A stretch of 64,000 nt of DNA from a virus: positions 7,813 to 71,812 of IMG/VR virus record IMGVR_UViG_3300050120_000012; one strand, given 5' to 3'. The notes beneath the pieces were generated by a model that was given only the letters and a program-made list of their open reading frames with translations, had not been told where the DNA came from and searched no databases. The first letter of the stretch is position 1, and every line of letters begins with the position of its first letter. Shown here piece after piece: positions 18,230 through 27,137 of this stretch. Both the position numbers and the translations under genes were made by a program.

Positions 18230-18418
18230 ATGAACATGACCGCTGCAATCTGCATTCTGATCTTTGCGAACATCGTCCTCGCAAAGGTGCGCCTGTCGCG
18301 CTATGTCGCAAGAGAACAACTCCGGTGGGATTCGATGAACCGCCAAGAGCAAGCGGCTGAACAATACATCATCGATAACCACGGAATCGACGAAGATTGC
18401 GCTTCCGACTATTACTGA
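18230..18418 (+). CDS. small membrane protein, possible lysis accessory
   Basis: AAGGA RBS; N-terminal TM. Confidence 0.6.
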   Translation: MNMTAAICILIFANIVLAKVRLSRYVAREQLRWDSMNRQEQAAEQYIIDNHGIDEDCASDYY

Positions 18419-18429
18419 AGGACTACACC

Positions 18430-18564
18430 ATGTTCCTACTCTGGATTTTGCTCGGGTTCATCCTCGGAACGATCTTCGGTGGCGGCGTCGTCACTTGGAC
18501 CAAGTCCAAGGAAGCTGTCGTGAAGTCGGACGTTCAGTCCGCCGAAGAGAAGTTGATCCCGTAA
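18430..18564 (+). CDS. small single-TM protein (44 aa, MFLLWILLGFILGTIFGGG...)
   Basis: Hand-translated; AAGGA RBS; TAATG coupling to the lysozyme. Confidence 0.65.
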   Translation: MFLLWILLGFILGTIFGGGVVTWTKSKEAVVKSDVQSAEEKLIP

Positions 18565-19370
18565 TGTGGGGCCTGCCATCGCTGTCCACGGTACTTGAGA
18601 CCCTGCGCCTCAAGCCCTTACCCGCGCCAGCGATGGCGGAGCCGCGCCCTACCGTGACGGAGCCGCCCCCTGCGGCCCCTGTCACCCCTGCGGTGGTGCT
18701 GGAGACGGCCCCTGCGCTGGTTGTGGCGGGCCTGACGCTATCGAGCGACTATGTGGGGCTCCTGAACAAGCTGGAGGGCCTGTCCGGCGCGGTGAAGGGC
18801 AAGCCGGGCATCTTCACATGGTTCTTCGACAACGTGGGAGTGGCGACCCTCGGATACGGGCATGTCCTGCATCATCCGGTCAACGGAGGCCAGATCACAA
18901 AGAAGCTTTATGGTGATGCCTGTACGTCTCTCGCCAATCAGGCGATGATGAAGTATTACGGCGAGACTGAAATCACCCTCCAGCAAGTCCTAGACCTTAA
19001 AAAGCAGGACATGCAGAACTACGCGAACAACGCCATCCCCCACATTCGAGCGGACACCATCCAATGTCAGTTTGATATGCTGGTGGACTTCGCGTACAAC
19101 GTCGGCGAACACAGTCTGGAGACTTCCACGTTACTGCGGCTTCATGACGCGGGGGATTGCCCCATCGGCGTACTGGACCCGGCAACCCTCTGTGCTAATT
19201 CGAAGTCCAAGGCTCCGATCACCACGATTGGCGGCGCATTCTGCGCATGGTCAAATTCCGGCGGTGCATGGACCTTGGGCGTTTTTCACCGTAGGCTTTG
19301 CGAAGTGCTGGTGTATTCCGGCATGGACTATAGTAAGGCATACACCACAGCGTGGCTCTTCCGCGATTAA
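18564..19370 (+). CDS. endolysin, GH24 (T4/P21-type) lysozyme with Pro-rich N-terminal extension
   Basis: LEG...D-x5-T-LGYGH, QFDMLVDFAYNVG and G...RR..E motifs. Confidence 0.88.
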   Translation: MWGLPSLSTVLETLRLKPLPAPAMAEPRPTVTEPPPAAPVTPAVVLETAPALVVAGLTLSSDYVGLLNKLEGLSGAVKGKPGIFTWFFDNVGVATLGYGHVLHHPVNGGQITKKLYGDACTSLANQAMMKYYGETEITLQQVLDLKKQDMQNYANNAIPHIRADTIQCQFDMLVDFAYNVGEHSLETSTLLRLHDAGDCPIGVLDPATLCANSKSKAPITTIGGAFCAWSNSGGAWTLGVFHRRLCEVLVYSGMDYSKAYTTAWLFRD

Positions 19371-19397
19371 CCCCCTCAAAGGATCAAGGGATCAAAA

Positions 19398-20219
19398 ATG
19401 TTCTACTTCAAAGACAATGCCGAACTGGACAACCTCGACGGGGTTCCGGCGGAGTATAAGAGCTTCTACGTCCAAGCTCAGAACGGCGGCAAGTGGACCC
19501 TTGTCGAAGGCATGAAGCCGCTGGCGACGAACATTGACGGCCTGCGCACCAATCTGACGCAAGCTCAGTCCGCCACCACCCGCGCCAATACTGAGTCCGC
19601 CGAACGCCGCGTCCAGTTGGAAGCCTACCAAGCCTTGAATCTCGGCACGACGCCGGAAGAAGTCAAGGCGAAGGTCGATCAGATGACCAAAGACCTGACG
19701 GACGGGAAGAAGATCAACCCGGAGACGATCCGTCAGGAGATCACCGCCCAATTCCAAGCCCGTCTCGACGAATCGACGAAGGTCTCGACCGATCTGGAGG
19801 GCGAACTGAATAGCGTCTTGGTGGACGACGCCATCACACGCGGCATCGTCGAGAACAAGGGCAATCTGGCGCTCTTGTCTCCCATCGTGAAGTCCAAGGT
19901 CGCCGTCATCAAAGACCCGATCTCCGGGAAGCGCGTGGCGGTCGGCGTCAATGAGAAGGGCGAAGCTCTTCCCGGCGTGGATGGCGGCTTCCTGCCCGTC
20001 GCCAAGGTCATCGAAAGTCTGAAGACTAATAAGGACTTCGCCGCCGCCTTCGAAGGTCCCAAGCAATCCGGCGGCGGAACGCCTCCCGGTGGTGGCAATC
20101 GTCCGTTCGTGAAGACGCCCGCTCAACAGCAAGAGGGCGGCGGCCAGCAACAGAAGACGCCCATGAACAAGATCACCGCCGGTCTCAATGCGCGAGCCCA
20201 AGGCGGCGTGCGTCAATAA
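19398..20219 (+). CDS. capsid scaffolding protein
   Basis: Upstream of MCP; coiled coil; F...SGGG motif near the C-terminus. Confidence 0.8.
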   Translation: MFYFKDNAELDNLDGVPAEYKSFYVQAQNGGKWTLVEGMKPLATNIDGLRTNLTQAQSATTRANTESAERRVQLEAYQALNLGTTPEEVKAKVDQMTKDLTDGKKINPETIRQEITAQFQARLDESTKVSTDLEGELNSVLVDDAITRGIVENKGNLALLSPIVKSKVAVIKDPISGKRVAVGVNEKGEALPGVDGGFLPVAKVIESLKTNKDFAAAFEGPKQSGGGTPPGGGNRPFVKTPAQQQEGGGQQQKTPMNKITAGLNARAQGGVRQ

Positions 20220-20264
20220 ATCGTCTGATAGGGCTTGCAAACGCCCTAGAGGTTATAGTTAATG

Positions 20265-20295
20265 GGGGCGCGCTCAAAACGCGCCCCTTCCTTTT
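20265..20295 (+). terminator. intrinsic terminator-like hairpin
   Basis: GGGGCGCG-N7-CGCGCCCC followed by TTCCTTTT. Confidence 0.55.
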
Positions 20296-20402
20296 GTGTG
20301 GATTCCAAAGGGGAGTGGGTTTCAGGACCGCGCCGGACAGGATTGTCGGCGGTACTAGAGCGATCTTGAACACCCATTCCTCCATTAAGGGACACCATTC
20401 AA

Positions 20403-21383
20403 ATGGCCTCCGTTACTCTCGACGAATCCGCCAAGCTGGCGCAGGACGAACTCATCTCGGGCCTGATCGAAACCATCGTCACGGTCAATCCGTGGTTCGA
20501 ACTCCTGCCCTTCGAAGGGATCGACGGCAACTCCCTCGCCTACAACCGCGAAGCCCTGCTCGGCGGCGTGATCGTGGCCGGTGTCGGCACCGATCTCTCC
20601 AGCGCCCAAGGCGGCGAGGCCAAGCGTCCGGCCACCTTCACCCGCGTCAACTCCAACCTCACCAAGATTCTCGGTGACGCGGAAGTGGACAACCTGATCC
20701 AAGCGACCCGCTCTTCGGAGAACGATCAGAAGGGCATCCAGATCGCGTCCAAGGCCAAGGCGTCGGCCCGGCAATATCAGGACATGCTCATCAACGGCAC
20801 CGGCCAAGGTGACGAGTTCATGGGCCTCTTGGGCCTCTGCGCCGATTCGCAGATCGTGCAGTCCACCGTGGACGGCACGGACTCCGGTGCGGCCACCAAC
20901 GGCGGTCGCATGTCCTTCGGCCTTCTGGACGCCTTGCTCGACAAGGTGACGGACAAGGACTCCGCCCCGGACTATATCATGATGAACGCCCGCGATCTGC
21001 GGTCCTATCGTGGTCTTCTCCGCTCGCTCGGCGGCACGCGCCCCGACGACGTTTACACCATGCCTTCCGGTCGCGAAGTCATGGCCTACAACGGCGTCCC
21101 CATCTTCCGTAACGACTACATTCCGATCAACCTGACCACCGGCTCGGCGAACAATACGTCCGTCATCTTCGCCGGGACGCTGGACGACGGTTCGCTGTCG
21201 CACGGCATCGGCGGTCTGACCGCTCGGGATGCGGCTGGCATCTCCGTCGTCGAAGTCGGTCAATCCGAGTTCCGCGACGAAGAGATCACCCGCGTCCGCT
21301 GGTACTGCGGTCTGGCGAACTACAGCCAACTCGGTCTGGCGATGATGACCGGCGTCCTGCCGGGTTACATCACCGGCACCTAA
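20403..21383 (+). CDS. major capsid protein (YuA/M6-like HK97 fold)
   Basis: MASVTL.ESAKLAQDEL...GNSLAYNRE...PIFRNDYIP...WYCGLA closely resembles my recollection of the Pseudomonas phage YuA/M6 MCP; strong codon bias. Confidence 0.93.
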   Translation: MASVTLDESAKLAQDELISGLIETIVTVNPWFELLPFEGIDGNSLAYNREALLGGVIVAGVGTDLSSAQGGEAKRPATFTRVNSNLTKILGDAEVDNLIQATRSSENDQKGIQIASKAKASARQYQDMLINGTGQGDEFMGLLGLCADSQIVQSTVDGTDSGAATNGGRMSFGLLDALLDKVTDKDSAPDYIMMNARDLRSYRGLLRSLGGTRPDDVYTMPSGREVMAYNGVPIFRNDYIPINLTTGSANNTSVIFAGTLDDGSLSHGIGGLTARDAAGISVVEVGQSEFRDEEITRVRWYCGLANYSQLGLAMMTGVLPGYITGT

Positions 21384-21423
21384 GTCCTCTGTAGGGCGAT
21401 CTGATCCACCGTCTGAAAGAGAG

Positions 21424-21458
21424 GGGGTTTCCCGGTCTAGGCCGGGGAACCCCTTTTT
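21424..21458 (+). terminator. intrinsic terminator after MCP, containing the CCGGTCTAGGCCGG element
   Basis: GGGGTTTCCCGGT-CTAG-GCCGGGGAACCCC-TTTTT. Confidence 0.8.
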
Positions 21459-21515
21459 CTTGACGGGTCCATTCCTCTAGTCCAAGGTCCAATCCTTCAC
21501 TGAGGATCATTCACC

Positions 21516-22028
21516 ATGTTCGAACAGACCAAAGCATTTCGCATTCGTTTTCAGCTTCCCGAAGAGCAACGTGGCAAGATTCGTGAGATCAGGACCATCG
21601 CCTTCGATGCCGCTGGAATACACACCTTCGAAGGGACTTTTGAAGAGTTCCAAACTAGAGCGCGCTATCTGAAGAACTTCGGCGCATTGCCTCTTGAACT
21701 TCCTGATATGACTATTGCGCCGACGCGGCCTTTGCCTACCGGCGTGGGGACTCACAAGGTTGCAAACCCGACCCGGACAAGCGATGATCTTGACGATCTC
21801 TCTGAGTTCAAGGTGAAGCCCAATGTCGCTCCCGTCAGTCCCGCCCCTCAAGGGGACAGGCAACCCGCACCGGATAACGGTTCGGGGGCCAAAGCCGCAA
21901 CCGATCTTCTCGAACGGAGCGCAGCAAATGGTCCTGACGGTCCAGCCTCGCGGCCTAGTTCCACAGGGCCAAGCCTACGGACCCAAGATCAAGTAAAGCC
22001 GGAAGACGACGCCGACTTTAACTTCTAA
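21516..22028 (+). CDS. hypothetical protein, disordered C-terminal half ending EDDADFNF
   Basis: GAGGA RBS; follows MCP. Confidence 0.75.
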   Translation: MFEQTKAFRIRFQLPEEQRGKIREIRTIAFDAAGIHTFEGTFEEFQTRARYLKNFGALPLELPDMTIAPTRPLPTGVGTHKVANPTRTSDDLDDLSEFKVKPNVAPVSPAPQGDRQPAPDNGSGAKAATDLLERSAANGPDGPASRPSSTGPSLRTQDQVKPEDDADFNF

Positions 22029-22065
22029 ACAGTCGTACATCGCAGTCCAGCTTAGGAGAAGTACC

Positions 22066-22206
22066 ATGAAGGGCATGAACAAGGGAACCCGTTCCATCCC
22101 GCAAGGGAAGAAGAGCGGTTCGACGGTCCAGCCTAAGCCGCACACCGGCAAGGGATCGGGCTCCAGTCAATGGGGTGGGTCCAAACCAACCGGCGGACGT
22201 GTTTAA
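22066..22206 (+). CDS. 46 aa Lys/Gly/Ser-rich basic peptide
   Basis: Hand-translated MKGMNKGTRSIPQGKKSGSTVQPKPHTGKGSGSSQWGGSKPTGGRV; AGGAG RBS. Confidence 0.65.
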   Translation: MKGMNKGTRSIPQGKKSGSTVQPKPHTGKGSGSSQWGGSKPTGGRV

Positions 22207-22255
22207 TCACGGACGACGTTAACCTCGGAACAAGCAACGCTTAGAAGGCATCCCA

Positions 22256-22672
22256 ATGGCGTCCCTCAACTATGACAACTATTTCTATCATCTGGCGCGG
22301 GGCGAGATCAATCCTCTGACGGATACCTTCAATGCGTTGCTTGTAACGTCGTCCTACACTCCGAACAAGGGAACGCACAATTCGCTGTCCGACATCACCA
22401 ATGAGGTTGTCGGGGCAGGCTACACGGCGGGCGGCGAGGCGGTGGCGGCCTCAGTCAGTCTCGACGCCACGAACCACCGTGTGGACGTTTCCTTCGCTGG
22501 CGCGAGTTGGTCATCTGCGACCATCACGGCGAGAGCCGCCGTCATCTATAAGGTGGGTTCCGATGCTGCGCATAGCTGGCTTGTCGGTTATGCGGACTTT
22601 GGATCAAATGAAGTCGACTCGGGCGGCACTTTTGCGGTGTCCTTCACGACGCCGCTCCGCATTCAAAACTAA
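22256..22672 (+). CDS. putative virion structural protein
   Basis: Beta-rich; NEV.G.GYTAGG...W..ATITAR.AVIY pattern of phage structural proteins. Confidence 0.7.
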   Translation: MASLNYDNYFYHLARGEINPLTDTFNALLVTSSYTPNKGTHNSLSDITNEVVGAGYTAGGEAVAASVSLDATNHRVDVSFAGASWSSATITARAAVIYKVGSDAAHSWLVGYADFGSNEVDSGGTFAVSFTTPLRIQN

Positions 22673-22703
22673 TCAGGAGCCGGTCTAGGCCGGGTTATAC
22701 ATC

Positions 22704-23255
22704 ATGGTGGCTCCTGATTTTTTCATCCTTCAAGACGATGGCGGTATCACACCCGATGCGAATAGCTATGCAGATATTGACTTCTTTGTTGACTACTGTG
22801 CATCTCGCGGACGGATCATCGTTGATCCGCTCACGACGGCGCAATACACCGACGCGCAAATTGCTGTGGCGCTCATCCTTGGCCGTGACTATATGGATGG
22901 CCGGTGGGGCTGGATCGGCTTTCGCCAACAAATCGATCAAACAACTGAGTGGCCTCGACTCGACGCTTTCGATTCATCGAACAGCTACGTCAATGGGATC
23001 ACTGATACTCTCCGCCGGGCTCAATGTGAGTATGCCTTTATTGCCCTGACTTCTGGCGTTGACTTGAACCCGGCTCCAGATCGCGATACCACAGGTGTCG
23101 CCGTTCAATCGAAGACGACGCAAGTTGGACCGATCCTCGAATCGATCCACTACGTTGCCGGTGCTGTATTCGTCAATCCCTCCTATCCGGCTGCGGACAA
23201 TATCCTCAAGAGCCGTGGGTACACGATCAACCGCTCAACCCTCATGAGGGGGTAA
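22704..23255 (+). CDS. head-tail adaptor (DnaT-like family)
   Basis: DANSY......Y...RG, DY.D, Q..EWPR and AQCEYA motifs. Confidence 0.8.
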   Translation: MVAPDFFILQDDGGITPDANSYADIDFFVDYCASRGRIIVDPLTTAQYTDAQIAVALILGRDYMDGRWGWIGFRQQIDQTTEWPRLDAFDSSNSYVNGITDTLRRAQCEYAFIALTSGVDLNPAPDRDTTGVAVQSKTTQVGPILESIHYVAGAVFVNPSYPAADNILKSRGYTINRSTLMRG

Positions 23256-23256
23256 G

Positions 23257-23646
23257 ATGGCGGATGCGTTCTACGATTCTCTAATCAAAACCGCCGATGC
23301 TTTGATTACGAAGCGCGGACGCCAAGTATCCATCATCCATCCTACGGACGCAACTGCGCCTGATCCGACCAAGCCGTGGGACGGCGCAGTCGGCCAAGGT
23401 GCGCCACTCACCAATACCACGTTCGCTGTGTTCACTCAGTTCGACCGCAAGTCGGTGGATGGTACTCAGATCAAGGCGACTGATCTGAAGATGATCTTCA
23501 CCGCCTTAAAGATCGTTGACTTTGACATCTCCAGCCGTGACGTGGTTCAAGATACCATTTATGGAAAGCTGGCGATCATTGACGTTGGTTTGATCCAACC
23601 CGGTTCGACGAAGGTGCTATACACCCTTCAAGTGCGGAGGGCGTAA
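23257..23646 (+). CDS. head closure/head-tail joining protein
   Basis: Position; A..LI...G, DGT.I...D and P....LY.LQVR motifs. Confidence 0.75.
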   Translation: MADAFYDSLIKTADALITKRGRQVSIIHPTDATAPDPTKPWDGAVGQGAPLTNTTFAVFTQFDRKSVDGTQIKATDLKMIFTALKIVDFDISSRDVVQDTIYGKLAIIDVGLIQPGSTKVLYTLQVRRA

Positions 23647-24179
23647 TGGCGAACCCGAATGCCAAGGGGAATTACTCCTATACCCCCGGCGATGCGCGTG
23701 AAGCGATGTACGCCACCTTCTGGAATACTTGGGACGATAGCCTGCTAGGCTGGCGCGCTGTTCTGCCCGGCGTGATGCCCGATGATCCTTTGCTCGCCCC
23801 CACGGTGGCATGGGACGCTGAAGAGCCCGAAGACGATGCTGCGATCACCGCTCCTGTGGTCTATGCCTACGTCCGCCACACCACCGGCAAGCAAGCCAGC
23901 CTGTCGGCCCGTCAGGACCCGACTACAGAGCAATGGATAGGCCGCCGCTGGCAAAGGACCGGGTTCATCTTGCTACGGCTTGACGTGCCTCAGTCTATGC
24001 AGTTGAAAACCGGGGATGCCCTCGCTAAGGTGATCGTTAACGCTTTCCAAGGGAAGCGCGGCGTCGGTTCGGGCGCGGGTATCATCTTCCCCTCTGTTCG
24101 TCCTATCGAGCAAGGCAATTTGAAGTCCCGCTATCGGATCGACATCAACGTCAGCTTCCAATACGACGAACTCGTTTAA
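23646..24179 (+). CDS. tail terminator protein
   Basis: Immediately before the major tail protein; ends F.YDEL. Confidence 0.7.
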   Translation: MANPNAKGNYSYTPGDAREAMYATFWNTWDDSLLGWRAVLPGVMPDDPLLAPTVAWDAEEPEDDAAITAPVVYAYVRHTTGKQASLSARQDPTTEQWIGRRWQRTGFILLRLDVPQSMQLKTGDALAKVIVNAFQGKRGVGSGAGIIFPSVRPIEQGNLKSRYRIDINVSFQYDELV

Positions 24180-24206
24180 CGTCCCTCCAGTTTAGGAAAC
24201 CGGAAA

Positions 24207-25727
24207 ATGGTTAACAAGATTGACTCCAATTTTACCGGCCTCCGGTACACGCTGGAGGTCCGTGGATCGCCGAAGACTCTTCCCGGTGATCCGGCGTGGC
24301 TGGAGCTTGAACCGAACTCCTATGCGGACTTCGGTGCGACCACCACTCTGAAGGCCCGCAACCCCATCGTCGCCAATCGTCAGCAACGCAAAGGCCGCGT
24401 TGTGGACATCGAAGCGAAGGCCGGGTTCAGCATTGACTTCACGTCGGATAATATGCTGGAGTTGATGCCGTGTTTCTTCTTCGCCGATTGGCGCAAGGCG
24501 TCCGTCGCGGAGATCGATGCTCCTACGTCCGTCGTCGCCTACAATGCGACGGGTCCTGTCGCCGGGGCCTTCGACAAGGTGGCGAGCTTCGGCGGCAAGG
24601 CCGTCGCCGGATCGTTGATCTCCACCAGCGGCTTCACCAACGCCGCGAACAACGGCATCTTCCAAGTGAGCGCCGTCGCTGCGGATAGCCTGTCCGTCAC
24701 GTCCCATGCCATCGTCGCCGAAGCCGGTCCCCCGGCAACGTCGGTTATCAAGGTGGTGGGCTTCGTCGGCGCGGCTGGCGATCTCACCATTGACGCCAGC
24801 AACGCCGCCGCCCCGGCTCTTCTGTCCACGGTCTTCGACTTCACCACTCTGGAGTTGATCCCCGGTCAATGGGTCTATATCGGCGGCGATGCCGGTACGT
24901 CCGCGTTCGCCGACGAAGGGAACAACGGCTTCGCCCGTATTCAGGCGATCTCCGCCCATCGGATGACGTTCGACAAGACGCAGAATACGATGGTCACGGA
25001 CAACGGTGCGGGCCAGAGCATCGAAGTCTTTATGGGCGACTTCCTGAAGAATGAGAACGACCCGACTCTGATCGTCACTCAGACGATCCAGTTGGAACGG
25101 TCTCTGTCGTCCGCCGGGTTCCAATACCTTCCCGGCACGTTCTGCAACGAACTGACGATTGACATGAAGTCCGCCGACAAGATCGAACTGGCGATGACCT
25201 TCATCTCGCTCACCGAAGAAGACTTGGACTACGGTGATCGGAAGACCGGGACGTTCCCCGACATCGCCACGGACCCGGAAGCCTACAATACCTCTTCCGA
25301 CCTGATCCGCATCCGTTCGGCGCTTCAAGGGACGGCCTCTCCGCTGTTCGCCTTCATGCAAACGATGTCGCTGAAGATCGCGAACAACGTGTCGCCGCTG
25401 AAGGCCCTCGGCGTCCTCGGCGCGTTTGATACCACCATCGGGGACTTCATCGTCTCCGGTGACATCACCGCGTACTTCTCCGATCTCGCCGCCGTCGAAG
25501 CCGTCCGCTTGGCCGATTCGGTGTCGGTGGACTTCGTTCTGGCGCTCGACAATCGCGGATGGCTGTTCGACATTCCCGAACTCACCTTCGACAAGGGTAC
25601 GTTGACCGTGACCAAGGATCAGCCGATCACTATCCCGGTCGGCATCAATGCCGCCGAAGACGATACGCTGAAGACGACGCTCATGGCGACCTACTTCAGC
25701 TATCTCCCCGACGCCGCGACCGCTTAA
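24207..25727 (+). CDS. major tail (tube) protein, YuA-like
   Basis: NKIDSN.TGLRY..E...W..LEPNSY.DFG...RNPI...RQ..KG N-terminus; 506 aa; strong codon bias. Confidence 0.88.
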   Translation: MVNKIDSNFTGLRYTLEVRGSPKTLPGDPAWLELEPNSYADFGATTTLKARNPIVANRQQRKGRVVDIEAKAGFSIDFTSDNMLELMPCFFFADWRKASVAEIDAPTSVVAYNATGPVAGAFDKVASFGGKAVAGSLISTSGFTNAANNGIFQVSAVAADSLSVTSHAIVAEAGPPATSVIKVVGFVGAAGDLTIDASNAAAPALLSTVFDFTTLELIPGQWVYIGGDAGTSAFADEGNNGFARIQAISAHRMTFDKTQNTMVTDNGAGQSIEVFMGDFLKNENDPTLIVTQTIQLERSLSSAGFQYLPGTFCNELTIDMKSADKIELAMTFISLTEEDLDYGDRKTGTFPDIATDPEAYNTSSDLIRIRSALQGTASPLFAFMQTMSLKIANNVSPLKALGVLGAFDTTIGDFIVSGDITAYFSDLAAVEAVRLADSVSVDFVLALDNRGWLFDIPELTFDKGTLTVTKDQPITIPVGINAAEDDTLKTTLMATYFSYLPDAATA

Positions 25728-25763
25728 CACCTTGCCTCTGTGGAGGCATTCGAGCTAGTGTCT

Positions 25764-25793
25764 AGGGCCGTCCCATCGGGGCGGCCCTTTTCA
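25764..25793 (+). terminator. intrinsic terminator after the major tail gene
   Basis: AGGGCCGTCCC-ATC-GGGGCGGCCCT-TTT. Confidence 0.75.
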
Positions 25794-25810
25794 TTGGAGT
25801 TACCCGGATC

Positions 25811-26272
25811 ATGAGCCCCTACGCCTCTTACAAGATGGACCGCGACAAAGAGAAGTCCGGCGTCGTCATCGTCGAAAACGAGTTCTTCCGCATCACAGGT
25901 GCGCGGGCTGGCGGTAAGAACGTCGCCTATGAAGACCTTCGTGAAGCCCTCACCAAGCCCCATCGCCGGGCGATCCAGACGGGGACTCTCCCCAAGGAAT
26001 TGCAGGATCGGCTCAACGCCGAACTCGCCGCCGGGGCGCTGGTGAAGTTGTGGGAGACCAATGAGAATGCCGGTACTCCCGGCGCGGCTCCGAAGTGGAA
26101 GCCGAACACCATCCACGATCCGGTGAGCGGCAAGGTGGAGAAGATCACGCCCGAACTGATCGTGGCGACCTTCCTCCAGTTCGACGAACTGTACGATCAG
26201 TTCTCGCGCGGCTGCGTTGATGTCGAGAACTTCCTTGATAAGGAGGCAATCGAGGCCGACGTAAAAAACTAG
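25811..26272 (+). CDS. tail assembly chaperone (G-like)
   Basis: Between the tail tube and tape measure genes; ends on a slippery heptamer. Confidence 0.85.
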   Translation: MSPYASYKMDRDKEKSGVVIVENEFFRITGARAGGKNVAYEDLREALTKPHRRAIQTGTLPKELQDRLNAELAAGALVKLWETNENAGTPGAAPKWKPNTIHDPVSGKVEKITPELIVATFLQFDELYDQFSRGCVDVENFLDKEAIEADVKN

Positions 26273-26691
26273 AGGCCCATCTGGAATACAGGTTTTTACA
26301 TGGAGAGGGTGAAGAGACAGTTCTCAAATCCGCGTACTCCAGTATAAAGACCATCCGGGGAAAGGTAGTCGGAGAAGTCCGGCTACCTGATTTCCTTAAG
26401 AATGCCCCGGAACTGTATTTCTGGCTTGCCCCATACTATGAGGCATTCCAGACCCTATCCTCTACTCGCCGTGTGGATGGGATGACCGGATCAATCGGGC
26501 GGATTCCTTGGACGGCGGTGGACCAATATGCGAAGAGGTATCCAGTATTTGAAGAGGACTTCGAAGTCTTTGAACTCTACATCAAAGTCCTAGACGAAAA
26601 GCTTCTCCAGCTAGTCAAAGACAATAAGCCAAAAGGCAATCGTCCAGAGCGGCCACCGCTCACACCGAAGTCGAAGATAGGAAGAAGCTAA
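26263..26691 (+). CDS. tail assembly chaperone GT extension via -1 frameshift
   Basis: A-AAA-AAC at 26263-26269; the -1 frame is open from 26269 to the stop at 26691 (PEL...Y..AF..LS..R..G.IPW..V.QYA). Confidence 0.8.
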   Translation, partial: KKLEAHLEYRFLHGEGEETVLKSAYSSIKTIRGKVVGEVRLPDFLKNAPELYFWLAPYYEAFQTLSSTRRVDGMTGSIGRIPWTAVDQYAKRYPVFEEDFEVFELYIKVLDEKLLQLVKDNKPKGNRPERPPLTPKSKIGRS

Positions 26692-27137
26692 TGGTTGACC
26701 GCCGGGGTTCGAATCAGTTCACACGGCGACTCAAGCTCAACGCAGATAAGTTCGAACGCGGCGCTCAGAAGATGATACAAAACGCGGCCAAGGCCGCGCT
26801 TGAGGTAGTCGTCTTAGGTTCTCGCGTTGATACTGCAACCTCTCGCTCTAACTGGATCGTCACAAGAGATGCCCCCAATAGTGGGACGATCTCGGCGTAC
26901 TCTCCATATCCTAAAGGATCGAAAGGCGGCGGTGAGGGATCGGCTGAGACGGCCAACGCAGCTACGGCTCTAGCCAACGGATTCGCCATCATCGAAGAAT
27001 ATCAGCTAGGCGTCGATCCCGATCTATTTATCACGAACAACGTCAGATACCTTCGCTATATCCCGGAGATGGGGGCCTTGACTACAGAGGCCGCCGACGC
27101 AGCCCGGCTAGTTCTTAGAGCGGTGAAATTGCTGTGA
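26691..27137 (+). CDS. tail completion/neck protein (HK97 gp10-like)
   Basis: VDT..SRSNW...FITNNV.Y pattern. Confidence 0.7.
   Translation: MVDRRGSNQFTRRLKLNADKFERGAQKMIQNAAKAALEVVVLGSRVDTATSRSNWIVTRDAPNSGTISAYSPYPKGSKGGGEGSAETANAATALANGFAIIEEYQLGVDPDLFITNNVRYLRYIPEMGALTTEAADAARLVLRAVKLL

Noticed and set aside
19392-25730. Long antisense ORFs opposite the scaffold, MCP and major tail genes (e.g. 24192..25730)
   Set aside because: Shadow ORFs caused by strong GC3 codon bias on the sense strand; no recognisable motifs.
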